From Lytechinus pictus (lineage: Eukaryota), in contig NC_087246.1 in assembly GCF_037042905.1 (NCBI RefSeq), positions 7,194,001 to 7,258,000 on the forward strand: DNA of 64,000 nucleotides. The letters run 5' to 3'. The stretch's first letter is position 1. The number at the start of each line of letters is the position of its first letter. A program made the translations under genes and the position numbers. The notes beneath the pieces were generated by a model. That model was given only the letters and a program-made list of their open reading frames with translations, ran no database searches and was not told the DNA's origin. Below are positions 46,808-60,400 of this stretch, piece by piece.

Positions 46808-49800
46808 ACCCAATTAGATGAATAGAAATTGAATGTTTGCATTTTTTTTTACTCTGGACAATGATTGACCAAATTATTTTCTCTTTGTTTTCTATAGCTA
46901 CTGGAATGTATTATAAGAGCAGAGGAGTGATACAGGAGAGCTAACAGAATATACTTTGACCCCTTCACCTTCTAATGGATGACCCTTTCCTGTACAACCC
47001 CTTCATATGTCTGAAGAGCATTTGGATATGTGATATCAAACAAAGAAGGATCTAAGCGTGGCAGGACATCGAACACATTTTTTGTTATGATGAAAGGAGG
47101 ATGATCGGATTGCTTAGGATTACATCGTAGAGAAGCAATAGCTAGGAAAGGGGTGGAGACTCTAAAACAATTGGAATCTACGCAAGATGAATTTGTTGAC
47201 TCTACATTAATGATCCATTCACTTCAACAGTTTGATTCCCCGTGGTCTTGGGTTGTGATTGTCATCGGGATGATATCAGGTTTCCTCTAGTTTCTGGGGT
47301 TTTTTTTGCCTGGATCAGTGTGCTTCAATATAAAGTGAGTTCATCGGGGCTCAGACACTGCTATGCAGCAATTGAAAAATAATGGCGCAGGCGCCTAATT
47401 TTCATAGTCCAGTTTTCTTTTTCTTTTTCTCCAACACAAAAATGAATTTTAAAAATACCTTGTCATTACACTGTAATATTTAGCACAACTCCATGATATA
47501 ACACAAATATTTGATCTAATGAATCTTGATTCCTTGTGATTTTAGTGTAGTTGTTTACTAAAATTTTGTAACAAGGCCAATAAGTTTGTTGGACTAGGTA
47601 TATGTACACCTTGATTGAGTTTTCTTTCTATTCCACTCACCCAAGAGTTTGAAAATAGTAGCAAATTCAATCATTCTACCTTAATAGTTGAAATGTGTTC
47701 TTTTTTAAAGAACAAGTGTGAAATCTTCAGGTTTTTAATAGGGATAAGAAAAAATGAGTTATCAGAATTAAACACAATCCAAAATAACTTCTCATCTATT
47801 TGTTCTGTTTTCTCCTTTTTTTTTACACTGAAGCAGCTCATAAATGAATCGAATCACTTTTGTTTTTAAATCATTTATTCTTGAATGGTAAGGAGCACTT
47901 TATTGAATGCAGCTACTGAATTGCGATTTTTTTTTTTGACCAAATCTTGAATTTATCACTAACTCTGTACCTGTGTTTGTATGGAGGAAGTAGGCATGTG
48001 TACCTGCTTGTATGGTGATGCACATTTTCATTTGTATATAGTGTAACCGAAATGAATGAAATTATTGTACAGAAATATGAAGCTATTTAGCCCATATCTC
48101 TCAAACCAGCCATTTCAAATTTGGACATGGCAAAAGAAATATGTATCAGAGAAAGAGAAAGCCAGATAAGAGATAGAGTAATGAGGAAATGGAAGTGTGT
48201 GTGTGTGTGGGAGAGAGAGAGAGAGAAAAAGGTACAGACATAAATCATAATTTAATCAGATTTCTTTGTTGAGTGTATACATCAAATATAGATTACTATA
48301 AGATTATAGATTTTATTATTATTGTTGGACAGGTATTTATGTGTGTGCCTGAGTGTGTAGAGTATAATTTTAAGTGGGTGGGGTTTAAAGGTCAGTTCAA
48401 ATCTATATGACTTATAATTGTGTCAGACTTTTGAAGGAAAAAAAATTATGTAATTATGTACTAAGAATAGATGATACAAGGATTGAAAATAGATTGATAT
48501 GTGATTAAAGGGATTGGGTATTGACAAGTTTATCACATTGTCCTAATAACACAGATGATGGAAGGTCAGTGTGTGTTTGGATGGCTTTTATGTAGTGTGC
48601 TTCTATTTCTAGTCTATTACAAACAAAATTATCACAGAGATTGTCATCATTTCATGTTCAATGCCAAAGGGGGAAAATAGAGACATATTTTTGTTGCTTT
48701 GATTGATTGTAATTCCTTCTGAAAGGTGTTGAATAGATATCAAATCCTCTTCAATTCAAGTATAATTTTCTCTGTATTTATTTATGCCCAAATGTTGATC
48801 TTTTATTTTTGTTTGGCATTCAATATTATACAGACAACATTGATAATTTTTGTTGACAAGGGAGGGCATGTCCTGAAGAATAGAGAAAGATGTGTTTAGC
48901 ATCATACATGTATGACAATGCCTCATTAAACAAGTAATAATCACTACTAGTTAGCCATATTCGTGAAAAATTATTTAGGAAATACTTGATCAAGCATTTT
49001 CAAAGGATACTGATGTCTCGAGAGTTAGTCATGCTTTAGGGCACTCTTGGTACATTGCTATGTCTTAATACACTTTAATCTTTTTATTCAGAATCTGTCA
49101 ATATTTTGTCTTTACCCCAGCATTTTGTTTGACCAAACTTTTTTAATGGATCCATCATGTACCAGTCTTATGGAGCCTAGGATTTAAATGTAAAATATCC
49201 AGATATTTTTATTCATAATGTTAACCATTTTATTTTCCTTTAATTCTTATGAAATATTTGATTGATTTTTTTTGTATTGAAAAACATTGACAAAAATTAT
49301 ATTGGAAGAATATTCTAACTTGAAGATATTTTAGGAAACATGTTGAGTAGAAATTGATTTTATATTTGTGTGCGTGTGTGGGTGTATGTGTTAAATAGGA
49401 ACCAACTTTTTATTTATTTTAAATAACAGTGAATTCAATCTTAAATTCTGAAAGTATTGTGCAAGAGAAAATTTTATCATGAAAATAAAAAAAATTATTT
49501 AGTCATTAAATAGATATAATATTTGAATTATTAGTGATCGGAGAAGAATATGTATCATGGTAAGGTTTAAAAGATGCATTATCGTGGGAGGGTATAATTT
49601 TTTTCTTTAGTTTTCTTTCTTTTCACTCTCCCTCTCTCCGCTTCTTTCAATATAAGGAAAAAGAGGAGCAATTGTTAAAATAAAGTATATCAGAACCCAC
49701 TGACTTGGTGTAAAGAATAAAGCTCCTTAAAATTAATCATCAGTACTGCACCAAAAATGGGATGGGTGATGATCATACTCAATTTAATGATATCAAATGA

Positions 49801-52800
49801 GAGAGATAATGATAGAACATTATTTGTCCAGGATATATTAAAGATGCATATGACATAGTACTTTAAACTCCTGTCTTTATTCAAGGTCATATATATAGAC
49901 ATAATGCATGCATGACATCATGAGTACACATGTATATGTTTACAGCATTTTATATTATTTGTTATAAACTTATCAAAGCAATGATATAAAGGTCAATTAA
50001 TGATTTAAAAGATATGATATATTACCATTTTTAATAACGCTGGACTTTAATGATGAGGGTTGTACATTTTTTTTAAAATTGGTATTTGTTTTAGTTTTTA
50101 ATACCTTGAACTTGCCCATGATGATCTAGAATTTTTTTGGTAATTTCTATGAGCAAAACATGGAATATGGAGTATTTTAAAGAAGAGACAAAGTCATATT
50201 GAATTTAACAATGAGTACTCTGTCAAGTTGAAATACTGGAAATATTTTTTGTTTGCATATCTAACTTATAAATATTTTTATTTCATTTCTTCTATTAAGG
50301 AAAAATAAAACAATAAAATTGGAATCATCCCTAATCTCAGAGAAATTGATATACCCCAACAATAGACCCCTCTACCCTATTAACTTTAATAAATTGTGTC
50401 CCAAATATGGATAGGCTCTGGTCCAATGGCAGCAAGATAAATGAGGTTGCTTAGTACATATTATTGTTAAGGTCGTGAATTTAGTCCTAAAGGTTGATCT
50501 ATCGAGAGATGGCTTTGCTTGTATACAAATACATGTTATCATCTTGAGTGTTGGCAATATGATACAAGGGTTTATAAGGGCACAAATCCAAGATTATTAA
50601 ACTTGTCCTTTCCTACCTCTCGACATATTGTTATGTAGGATACAGGGAAGGATGATCCTTTTATGCCTACTTGTAGATCTGCTTTTAAAGTCTAAATGTG
50701 CAATGTCATCCAAATACTGATACATGTTTAAATGAACAGGCTAGGAAATGATAATGCTTCACTATACATCAAATTGTTTAAGGTATGTCTGGATGAGTTT
50801 TCAAAAAAATTATTGAAGACTCCTGCTTTCTGATATCAAAAGGATCTATACATTATTTCAGGAACACATTGTTTATGCTCATAAAAGAAGGATCCACCTG
50901 CTTGAACAGAAAACTAAAGAAAATGCCTGAGAATTCAGAAAATAAGGGGATATTTGCTAAAAAACTCAAGGTATGATGAGGTGTTTTAAATGAATCTTGA
51001 CATTTTCTCTCTCTCTGCTTGTTTTAGATCAAGAAGTGAGGGTATTTGATAAGTTGATCAACAGCTGTCTTAAAATTGTAATGTACATATTCTATATCAA
51101 AATTTACTCAATTCCTTGTCAAGACTGCACATAATAAACCTTACACAGAGCTTTGATTTATTGCCAACAAAATTTGTTATCACCTTTATCACAGCACCTT
51201 TTGAAACGCTGAATAATTTTCTCCCTCCATTTAATTGTATATCGTGTTGCCTTGTAGCAACCTTCTACAGCAAACTATGGGTACACATTGCTTGAATGCT
51301 TTATTGTATATATCAGCATGTGCTGATATCTTTGTTGTTTTTATTTCTGTCTGTTTTTTTTTCTTTTTTTATTGTCTACGATGGTAGACTGTGTTGTAGA
51401 GAATTACCTGTGGCACTCTATTAAATAAAAATGATAGGAGTAATACTAAGCTTAATGCAGTATGTCTCCTGAGGTAAAGAAACCTTGTCAAATCTACTCA
51501 TTTCATTTATTGTTCATATCATTTGTACAATGGTGATCAGGGGCAGGAGGAGGATAGTGTTGATGGTATGGATGATGTTGTTGTTGATGGTTTTGATGAT
51601 CTTCATTATGTTGTGGTGTCCATGATGGTGTTAATGGTGTGGATGAAGTTCATGTTGTTGATGGTGTTAGTGATGTTATTGATAGTATTGATGGTGTTGA
51701 TAATGAGGTTGATGGTGATGATGAAGTTGATGGTGTTGTTGTTGTTAGTGATGGTGTTGGTATTGATGATAGGGTTGATGATGATGTTGAGATTTTTTTA
51801 AGATGGGGCTGATGATGTATTTGCCCAATACAAAAATCAATCAATGCAAACTTAATCACTTTGGTTTTATTCCTCATTCTTTCCTAGTTTCTTATCTGAA
51901 TCAAAACAAAATGTTGATAGCAGGGATTATCATTGCCCAAATAAATATCCTTGAGGATGAGCTATATAAGCGTATTATTGCAAGCATTGTGATTGGTCAA
52001 AATATGTCACATGGTTTTCAACTTTCTTTGCATGATGCACTGCAATTCACAAAGGTGTCACAAAAGCAACTGACAATTCAAACTCGCAGCCTAGCACTCT
52101 CTCAATAGACAAGGAGAGCACCAAAAATGTACTTAAAAGGGGTACTCTAGAATAGATAAAGTAAGACCAGAAAAACAAAGAAAATTTCATCAAAATCGGA
52201 CAAGGAATATCGAGTTATTTTGTTGAAACGGTTATATGCATGTCTTCATGAATATGCAATGAGCATTTAGATGTCATCTTTTGTATGTTATTATATGAAA
52301 TTTATTCCACCCCCCCCCCTGCCGTTTCTCTCCAGAGGAATAATTTTCCAAGGTTTCTTTTTCTCAGTGTCTAATATCATTCTATCTAGTGTGAAATTAA
52401 ATTGTACAATTTTATTTTTCAAAATATCAGACTTTTTGAAGATTGAGTTTTGCCAGATCACCCAGCAGAACATATTCATCATGCATTTTATAACTGCCCA
52501 CAGAAAGTATCATTGTTCTGTCAGAAAAAGAATGCTCAAACAAGAGGCAGTTAACTGGAAAATGGGGAAAATTGAAATCCAATTTCTTCAAATGAAAATA
52601 GTTTGAAAACTGAAAATTTTGACAAGTGTTAAGAATGGCTTAATTTATCCAAGAAGCTAAAATAACCCTGAAAACCTCAAAATTTGGGATACATTGTTTT
52701 GATATATTTTGGCTTACTTATCTACAGAAGCACCATGGTACTGCATACATCGGTAGATGGGTCAGCCATGATATGGCAAAAAAAGTAACCCAAATTTAGA

Positions 52801-53164
52801 AATTTTTCAGGTTTTTAGCTTTTAGGATTCTTTTGTCATCCTTGGCGAAATTTTAAGTCTCCAAAACGATTTGATTGTAAGAAACGGGTACTGCATTTCC
52901 ACTCCCACACTCAGTTCAATGTGTTATTTGTAAACCATAAGCCTGGTCAATGGAGATATTCAATGGACTAAAGGGTACAATCTCCACTCCCTGAGGAGCA
53001 TTTCTTTCATTAAGCCTTCATGAGTGCTGGAAAATTAATTCTCAGTCTTGTTCACATCCTACTCGGTATCATTTTAAAACCAGGGTTGAGAGGGGCAAAT
53101 GTAGATTGATATATTGCCAAAGGAAACATGTACAAAATATAGTAGTAGTAGAGTTGTATGTTTA

Positions 53165-56100
53165 AAAACCATTCATGATTTTATTTATAATGATAAAATG
53201 TGATAAAACATTAGTACTGAATACATGGAATGGGTAATACAGTGCCACATCCAATAAAACAAAGACATTAAAATGTTATGATTAACAGGAATATATTATA
53301 AGTACTTTTTTCTTGATTTGTTCAAGTTTCAGTAAGCATTTTCAGCAAATTCAGCTTTCATGAATACACCGGTACAATGATGGTCACATATACTTGGTTC
53401 ATTTACAGACATTAATCCTTCATATAAAAATAACATTCTCTAACCATAGATTTGAATTTAGAGCTTCCCTTCCTTATAATGTAACCAAATCACTAAATAC
53501 AGAAATCTCTATTTAGAAAAATATATGTATATCTTTGATGAATATATATTCATAACAACATGTTAATTATAATATTTCAATTGTCTTTAAATTATCCCCC
53601 AAGATATACACATTTATGATGAAGCCTGCTGGTATGGAATACAAATATAGCCAAGTGGGAACACACAGATATATGAATCAATATGAAATTTCTCTGCTGT
53701 ACATATAAAACTCAGATTCAATAAGTACTACATCAACATTGCTGTAAATTCAATCAATGTCATATACCATATACTAAGAATTTTGCTTAGGATTGGTAAC
53801 AAATTAAAATCATGTGAAAAATTTTACTTAACCCATCAATCACCATAAAGACTTGTCGGATTACTTCAGCCCATAACACAAAACTTCATCAATTTGAAAT
53901 AGTGCATTGCCTCTCAATTTTTCTATATTTTCCATCACATATCGTGACGGTAAAATTCCTTTGTGACATCACAATTATCTTTAATCAAGAGCAAGATGAG
54001 TGTGTGCAGTTTACATACACGCTAGTAGTAAAACAAGCATTGGCTTGAGCACATTTTTTCTAAGATCTTTACTAGTTTTTCCAAAATTCTACATGAAGAG
54101 AAGCACAATGATTTCATATGTGGAATATAAATAAAATAATGACCATTTGAAATCAGTCTGACAAGCGACTGAAGCTTTCAGTTTAGTCTGTGTATCGACC
54201 TCGTACTATCTTGTTTCATTGTGCTTTGTTGTGTCTGCCTGTGTTCGGCAATATGCAGCTGACCCAAACTGCAACATGCAAAGGTGTGAGCCAGCCTTCA
54301 TGGCTTGACTCTGAAATAAGAGGAAAAACATGAATACAAAGGGGGTGGGGGAGTTTGTTAAATTTCTAACATTCAGTTTCAGAGGCAATTACAATGTATA
54401 AGACCCTGTTTCCTTGGGCAGTAATACCATAACAACAAGAAAAGCACAAAATAAAAATGATATACTTTTTTTGCAGCATTATAAATGTGTATAAAAGAAT
54501 ACTTCTTAAAATGACATGATAAAAGAAATTATCATAAAATTCAAATAAGCAGCTATTAACATAAAAAAAAAATACATATGGTAAATGAGAGCAATGAGGA
54601 CCAATCCCACAAAGTAGTATTTACAGTTTACATTCTGATAAGTCAACATAAAAACTATGCAGATCTTGTCAAATTACTTTCAAAGCATAGCGAATCATTC
54701 ATAAATGAATAGTGAATGGAAAATAACCTTCTTTCATATATTACAAAACATTAATAAAGAACATTCATTTAATGAGATTAATACACCTATCACATAGTAC
54801 CACTTACTTTAATATACATAGAATTCAGTTGGGACATGCTTAAAAACAACATTCTTTATGCATTGATGAATGCTGATATGTACTATATATGTAAATTCCC
54901 CAATAGGTATTGGTATTGGAAAACATGTAGAAGCACGTTGAACATTGACTTAAATCAGTGTTATGGATTCTACCAGCCATGGTAAATCTTATCAAGTATA
55001 GATCATAAGCTAAAGAAAGCATTTCAGAAAGAAATGATAGACTCAAAATATGATAGATCATTAGAGTGAATAATACCTCTTCTTAATCTAAACACATAGA
55101 CCTAATATTCTGAAGTCAAATCTAAGTCGGGCAACTATCCAACTTTGCTGAAATTTTTTGAAAGCCAAAAATGTCATTTTACATTATATGTTTCTTGTGT
55201 TTTTTGTGTTCTTTCCCAATGCTTTATATGGTTGAGAAAACTATTGTTGTTTCCAGACAATTATGAATGAATTGAGTACCCAATATACTGACATATTGAA
55301 CCTCATGTGTTAGAGATTAGTGCCATATTGGCTATCCACAGTTAAATCACAACTTTAGACGAGAGTTTGAGCTAAACTCAAGTGCATAAAATGGGCCATA
55401 GAGAAGAAAAATACAGTCGTGCAATCAAGGGAGACTTTTCTAAAAACAAAATAATTGGGCTTTTTGATATGTCCCTCAACCCACCTGAATGCCTAATTGC
55501 ACCAGCCATGAATTAAGAGCAATAAATGATAGAGTTGAGAATTCTATGAAAAAATAACATGAAAAATTGATCGTTTGCAAAAAAAAAATAAAGCAATTTG
55601 GAAAATCATTTAATTATTGGTCGTGGTTGACAGTATGACAACATGATGTAAATGTAGAAAAAGAGTTCCCTGATTTTCAGTTATTGCTCCCTGGGAGCTC
55701 AACTAAATTTACTTTACCGAGCCTGCATGTTTGCTTATATAATACAAGGAAATAAATAATAGAGTCAAAGGTACAACCGCAATAGAAGCTGGGACCCCAT
55801 GAAAGCACACAGAATAGGATAACAAACTGATCATATCATTGGTTGTTGATTGGCAACCACTGGTGTAAATCCATGCAGTTATCCTATTGTTCAAGGGCGA
55901 TGATCTATTGTTCCATTCCCCCACATGAATAGCATGACGTTATGAATTTACACCAGTGTTGGCAACATAATTATATTGGGGCTTGAAGTTGGTGATCTCT
56001 AGTAAAACAAAAAGTGATAGTATACACTTGAAAGAAGAAAATTTGTCTCAGGATTTGGTCACATGTTGAAAAAATAACTCCAACAGAAAGTCCTTTTGAG

Positions 56101-57288
56101 GTAGCAATAATTTAACACAGTTCACAAACTTTTGCAGATATCAATAACTTAACATCCTTCAATAATATTCAGCCATTTAGTCTTTGTATAATCTTGATTC
56201 ATTAGCAGAGCCTGTCTGAGATTTGATTTAGCCACACAGAACGGCACCAATATATACTCAACCCCAGAAAATAAGAGATAAAGCCGGGGTAATAATAATA
56301 GCAGGGCCCGCTGGGAGAACAGTTTTCAGAACTGAAGTGGCTTCCCTGGATAAATATACCTATATTATTATTATTATTATAAAATATCTTTTCATACCCC
56401 ATCCTACATTGGGATTTTTATACATTAAAGCCAAGTATAAGTTCTAGTATAGTAAGCCAATTTTGATAGTAAATGGTTGGAACCAATCCTAAAGTGTTTA
56501 TCATATGCCAGAATACTTATTTAGAACAACAAAGTTTAATCAAAATAATTCAGGCTTGCTCAAAATTATATTCATGCCATTACCATGTGCTTTTTCTCGT
56601 GTAGCTAACACAGGAAAAAGCATGTGGGATCACACTATAAAAGGATCATCATTTTTCAATTTTCTGATCTTCATTTGCTCAGTAATCTGTACTTTTACAT
56701 TTTCCTGAAAAATTGTTTGGTAGATATTTATTATTTTCAAAAATATAATTCTGTGTAAGTTTTGATCAATTCTGTGAACATTATATTTTCTTTAATATAA
56801 TCTTTAATAGTACCAGATTTTATCTATAAATTCATCTTTATTGTATTAATTTCTGTTAAAATTTGCCAATGAGTATCCTGTCATGAATGAAGTTCTTTAT
56901 AACAGGCTCAGTGCAGATATGTCTTAGAGGAAAGTATTTTCTGAATTACACCTAATTTCGGTTCATTACAAATATACAGTAAAGTAAGGAAAGGTCAACC
57001 TCCCATATAGAATCAAATAGTTCCCGAAGTAAAACGGAGCTTTCTGCAAAACATGTAATATTGACTTCTCCTCAAGCCAAAGATCTTGTAAGTCAAACAG
57101 ATTTGTGTGGTTTCTAAGAGATTTGAAATTGGCAGTTGCAGTTGTTCAGTTGCATGATCTTAAATTTAACCCAATGGCAGTTTACAGGGGCTATAATCAC
57201 ATTTTAATGAAAATCATCCTTCGTCTCCATTTCATTTTTGGCTACTCGGAATTGTTCCAATATCCATGGTTTGATAGTATGAAGATTA
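53165..57288 (-). other. Probable SEC14-like 3' UTR, candidate AATAAA on minus strand at 53180-53185
   Basis: Base composition switches to reverse-complement UTR-like sequence above ~53170; end inferred only. Confidence 0.4.
56280..56380 (+). mobile_element. Short retroposon 3' end with (TAT)n tail
   Basis: gcagggcccgctgggagaacag...ggcttccctggataaata followed by (tat)n. Confidence 0.5.
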
Positions 57289-57446
57289 CTAGCCTTCTTC
57301 AGCTGGTAAGAAGTCTGGATCATCTACCTGATGATCCTGTTTCTCGATGTCTTCCTCTGCCTTATCATCGGGTTCTAGAAGCTCAATCCAATAATGTAGT
57401 TTCTTACTCTTTGTCCAGCTGTAGCTGTTGTCAAACTTGACTACAT
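57289..57446 (-). CDS. SEC14-like last coding exon (Y)VVKFDNSYSWTKSKKLHYWIELLEPDDKAEEDIEKQDHQVDDPDFLPAEEG*
   Basis: Minus-strand ttttttccaaccag acceptor, TAG stop at 57289-57291. Confidence 0.94.
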
Positions 57447-60400
57447 CTGGTTGGAAAAAACATACATGAATATCAAGATTTTTTCCAAATCCACTAAATA
57501 GTTATGACATTCAGGAATCTTAATTCTCCCATTTTATAATGAAAAAAAAACCCCAAAAGATGTTTCAGGACTCATCTTTAGATATATCTTAAACTCCAAA
57601 GTTAAATGGTAATTTTTATATCTTAATTGATTATTAAAATGTGGCAGGTGATGTGTAATGTTTATACAGCGCGTCCCCCCAAAAATGTCCCTCTGATATG
57701 CAGCTAAATTACTTCCAAAAATATAAATGATTCTCAATGAAATGTATCGAACTAGAAAGCCCATCTCATGTTCTAACTTCTATAAAAATTTCATTGGTCT
57801 CGCTTCAGTTGTTTTGAATACACAGCCTATTATGTAACAGTGGTGCTTTTCAGCCAATTCCAAGTTTGCACGCATGCAGCACTGCTTTGGGTTCTGCACT
57901 TTCTGACCAAGGAGATATCACCTCTATCTCCTTGTTCTGACCAAGGAAATCTCCATGATCTAACCAGGCTCATCAAATCACAACCTTGAGCATGTTCAAA
58001 AGGGCAAAAACAGTATTTTACAGTTCATTTCATGTTTGATAATGGGGATGCACAGTGATTGAGACAACAGAACATGTCTATTTCATGCCTAATTCATGAT
58101 TAATACTGCATTTTTGTTTTCATTACTTTTTTTTCAGTTAATAAGCTACTGAGGTCAAGTTAATTCAATGTAACTTTTTAAAAGAAAAAAAGTCAAATTT
58201 TTCTTTGGTAAAGTTCCTTTTCGCAAAGGGTGATTAACTTGTGGATTCCACCTTTTTTCAGCTTATTTTACTCATCCATCATTCACATTTTCTTTCAAGT
58301 TGGTGCACTGATTCCCCTTATCAATCATCAAACAAACTTAATTTTTGTATGTTTCTTGTCCTTTTGAACATGCTCAAGTTTATATTTTGATGAGCCTGGA
58401 TATGATTAGGGAAATGTCCCTGCTCAGATCCTGGATGTAAAAATGGGGTTTAACATGCCATAGACAATGAAGAAATGCATCAATGCTGCAAACTTGGAAT
58501 GGGCTAAAATGCACCACTGTTACGTAACAGGGTGTGTATTCAAAACCGCTGAAGCAGGACTAATGAAATTTTCATAGAAGTTAGATCGTGAAATGAGCTT
58601 TCTACTCATGAACATTTATTTGAGAATCCTACCACATTTTATAATTAATTCAGTCCTATGTCAGAGGGACATTTTTTTTGGGACGCGCTGTATAACTCTT
58701 TCTTTAAGTTAAATACCCTGCTTAGATTTTTGAGGATTTGAAAGTGTGAATAGATCTTAGCAAACACAGTATTATTGATTGAAACTACTCTGTACTTAAC
58801 TAAAGATCCCTAATAGAACTATACTGTATGTTAACCCCCTCTGCACAATAATTTTCCAAGATGCTTCACCAACATAATTCTGCCCAAGATTACCAGGCTA
58901 GGCTAGGCTAAACTAAACTAAACTAAACTAAACTAAACTGAACTGAACTGAACTACACTACACTACACTACACAACACAACACAACACAACACAACACTA
59001 CACTACACAACACAACACAACACAACACAACACAACACAACACAACACAACACAACACAACACAACACAACACAACACAACACAACACAACACTACACTA
59101 CACTAAACTAAATTAAATGGTCAAGGAGACAACTTCTTACATGTTCCTGGATCTTTGAGATCAATGCTACCCATTTCTGGAACTCGATGGCAATTGAGTC
59201 TTTGAGACTCAATGATTGCAGTCTTGGTTCCATCCTCTCCTATGAATTTGATCCCAAACGCAATGTCACTGTCCTGGGTCCGGAACTCATAACTGAAATA
59301 AGAACAATTTCAGTCAAAATAATATTAGAATCGATTCAATCTTATATATATATTTATAAATCTGAAGTTACATTGCTGCACAACATAGATGTATTCCCTG
59401 GCAATGTCATCTGTCACCCCCCCCCCCCTCCTTCATCAAACCTAATACTCCAGCCAAAGTTCTGAAAGTTTTTAGAGAATGAAGTTACAAAATAAGCAAG
59501 CATGTTAAATAGCCCACACAAAAGAGTGGCCACATCCTAGACCTTGTAATTACACGCGAGATTGAAGGTCTACTGTCGTCAGTCAATGTTGTAACTATGA
59601 ACATGTCCGATCAAGCATTTGTGATGACACAGGTTCACTTAAAGAAACCACCGAGGATACAGACATTATCAGCTTCATGTCATTACAAATCTATTGATCA
59701 TGATGAATTTAGCAAGGATCTTTTAACCAACTCTTGGATCTTCAGGGAGCAAGTGATGTTGAAGACAGTGTCAAGAGCTTTGATGATGCAGTCACCACTG
59801 TTCTTGATAAGCATGCACCACATGAAAATTGTGTAATAACCACTCGACATCGTCCGGAGTGGTACAAATCAAGGATTGCTGAAGCAAGACGTGACCGTAG
59901 GCGATATGAGAGGAAATGGCGTAAACTCAAGTCTAAAACAACTTCAGAGGATTCAAGCATTAAACCTGCTGTCTGCTGCAAAAGTTGCTTATAATGCAAA
60001 GGACTTTGTTAGGAATGTTCTGTTAACCGAAAAAGCAAACTACTTCAATGATTTGCTCCAGGACAGCACCCCAAGAGAAATGTTTAGGACTTTGAATAGA
60101 CTGCTAAACAAACAGGATCGTCTTCTTCCACAATTTGAATCTGTATCTACCCTTGCCTCAGCTTTCTGCAATTATTTTCGCGAAGAAAGTAAAGGACATC
60201 CGTCAGTGTATTGATGATCGATATATTGGTCATGATAACACCAGTGTCCTAGAAACTTCCTTGAATGATTCGCTTCCTAAGCTGGATAAATTTAGGTCGC
60301 TGATGGAAAGTGAAGTCCAGAAGCTGGTCCATAACCCTTCGAATAAGTCTTGCGCCCTTGATCCAATGCCAACCTGGTTATTGAAGCAACATCTACCAGT

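Larger units (their letters stand above)
39907..51445 (+). other. Probable GRK2/3 3' UTR region(s); candidate polyA signals at 46339, 46409 and 51424
   Basis: Repeat-poor, TG/AT-rich sequence without credible ORFs after the stop codon. AATAAA is common here, so true ends are uncertain. Confidence 0.45.

Noticed and set aside
46906..46926. Similarity of tgtattataagagcagagg to the end of exon 39219-39332 (CILRAE) as an exon duplicate
   Set aside because: Only ~19 nt with mismatches and no flanking similarity; chance is a sufficient explanation.
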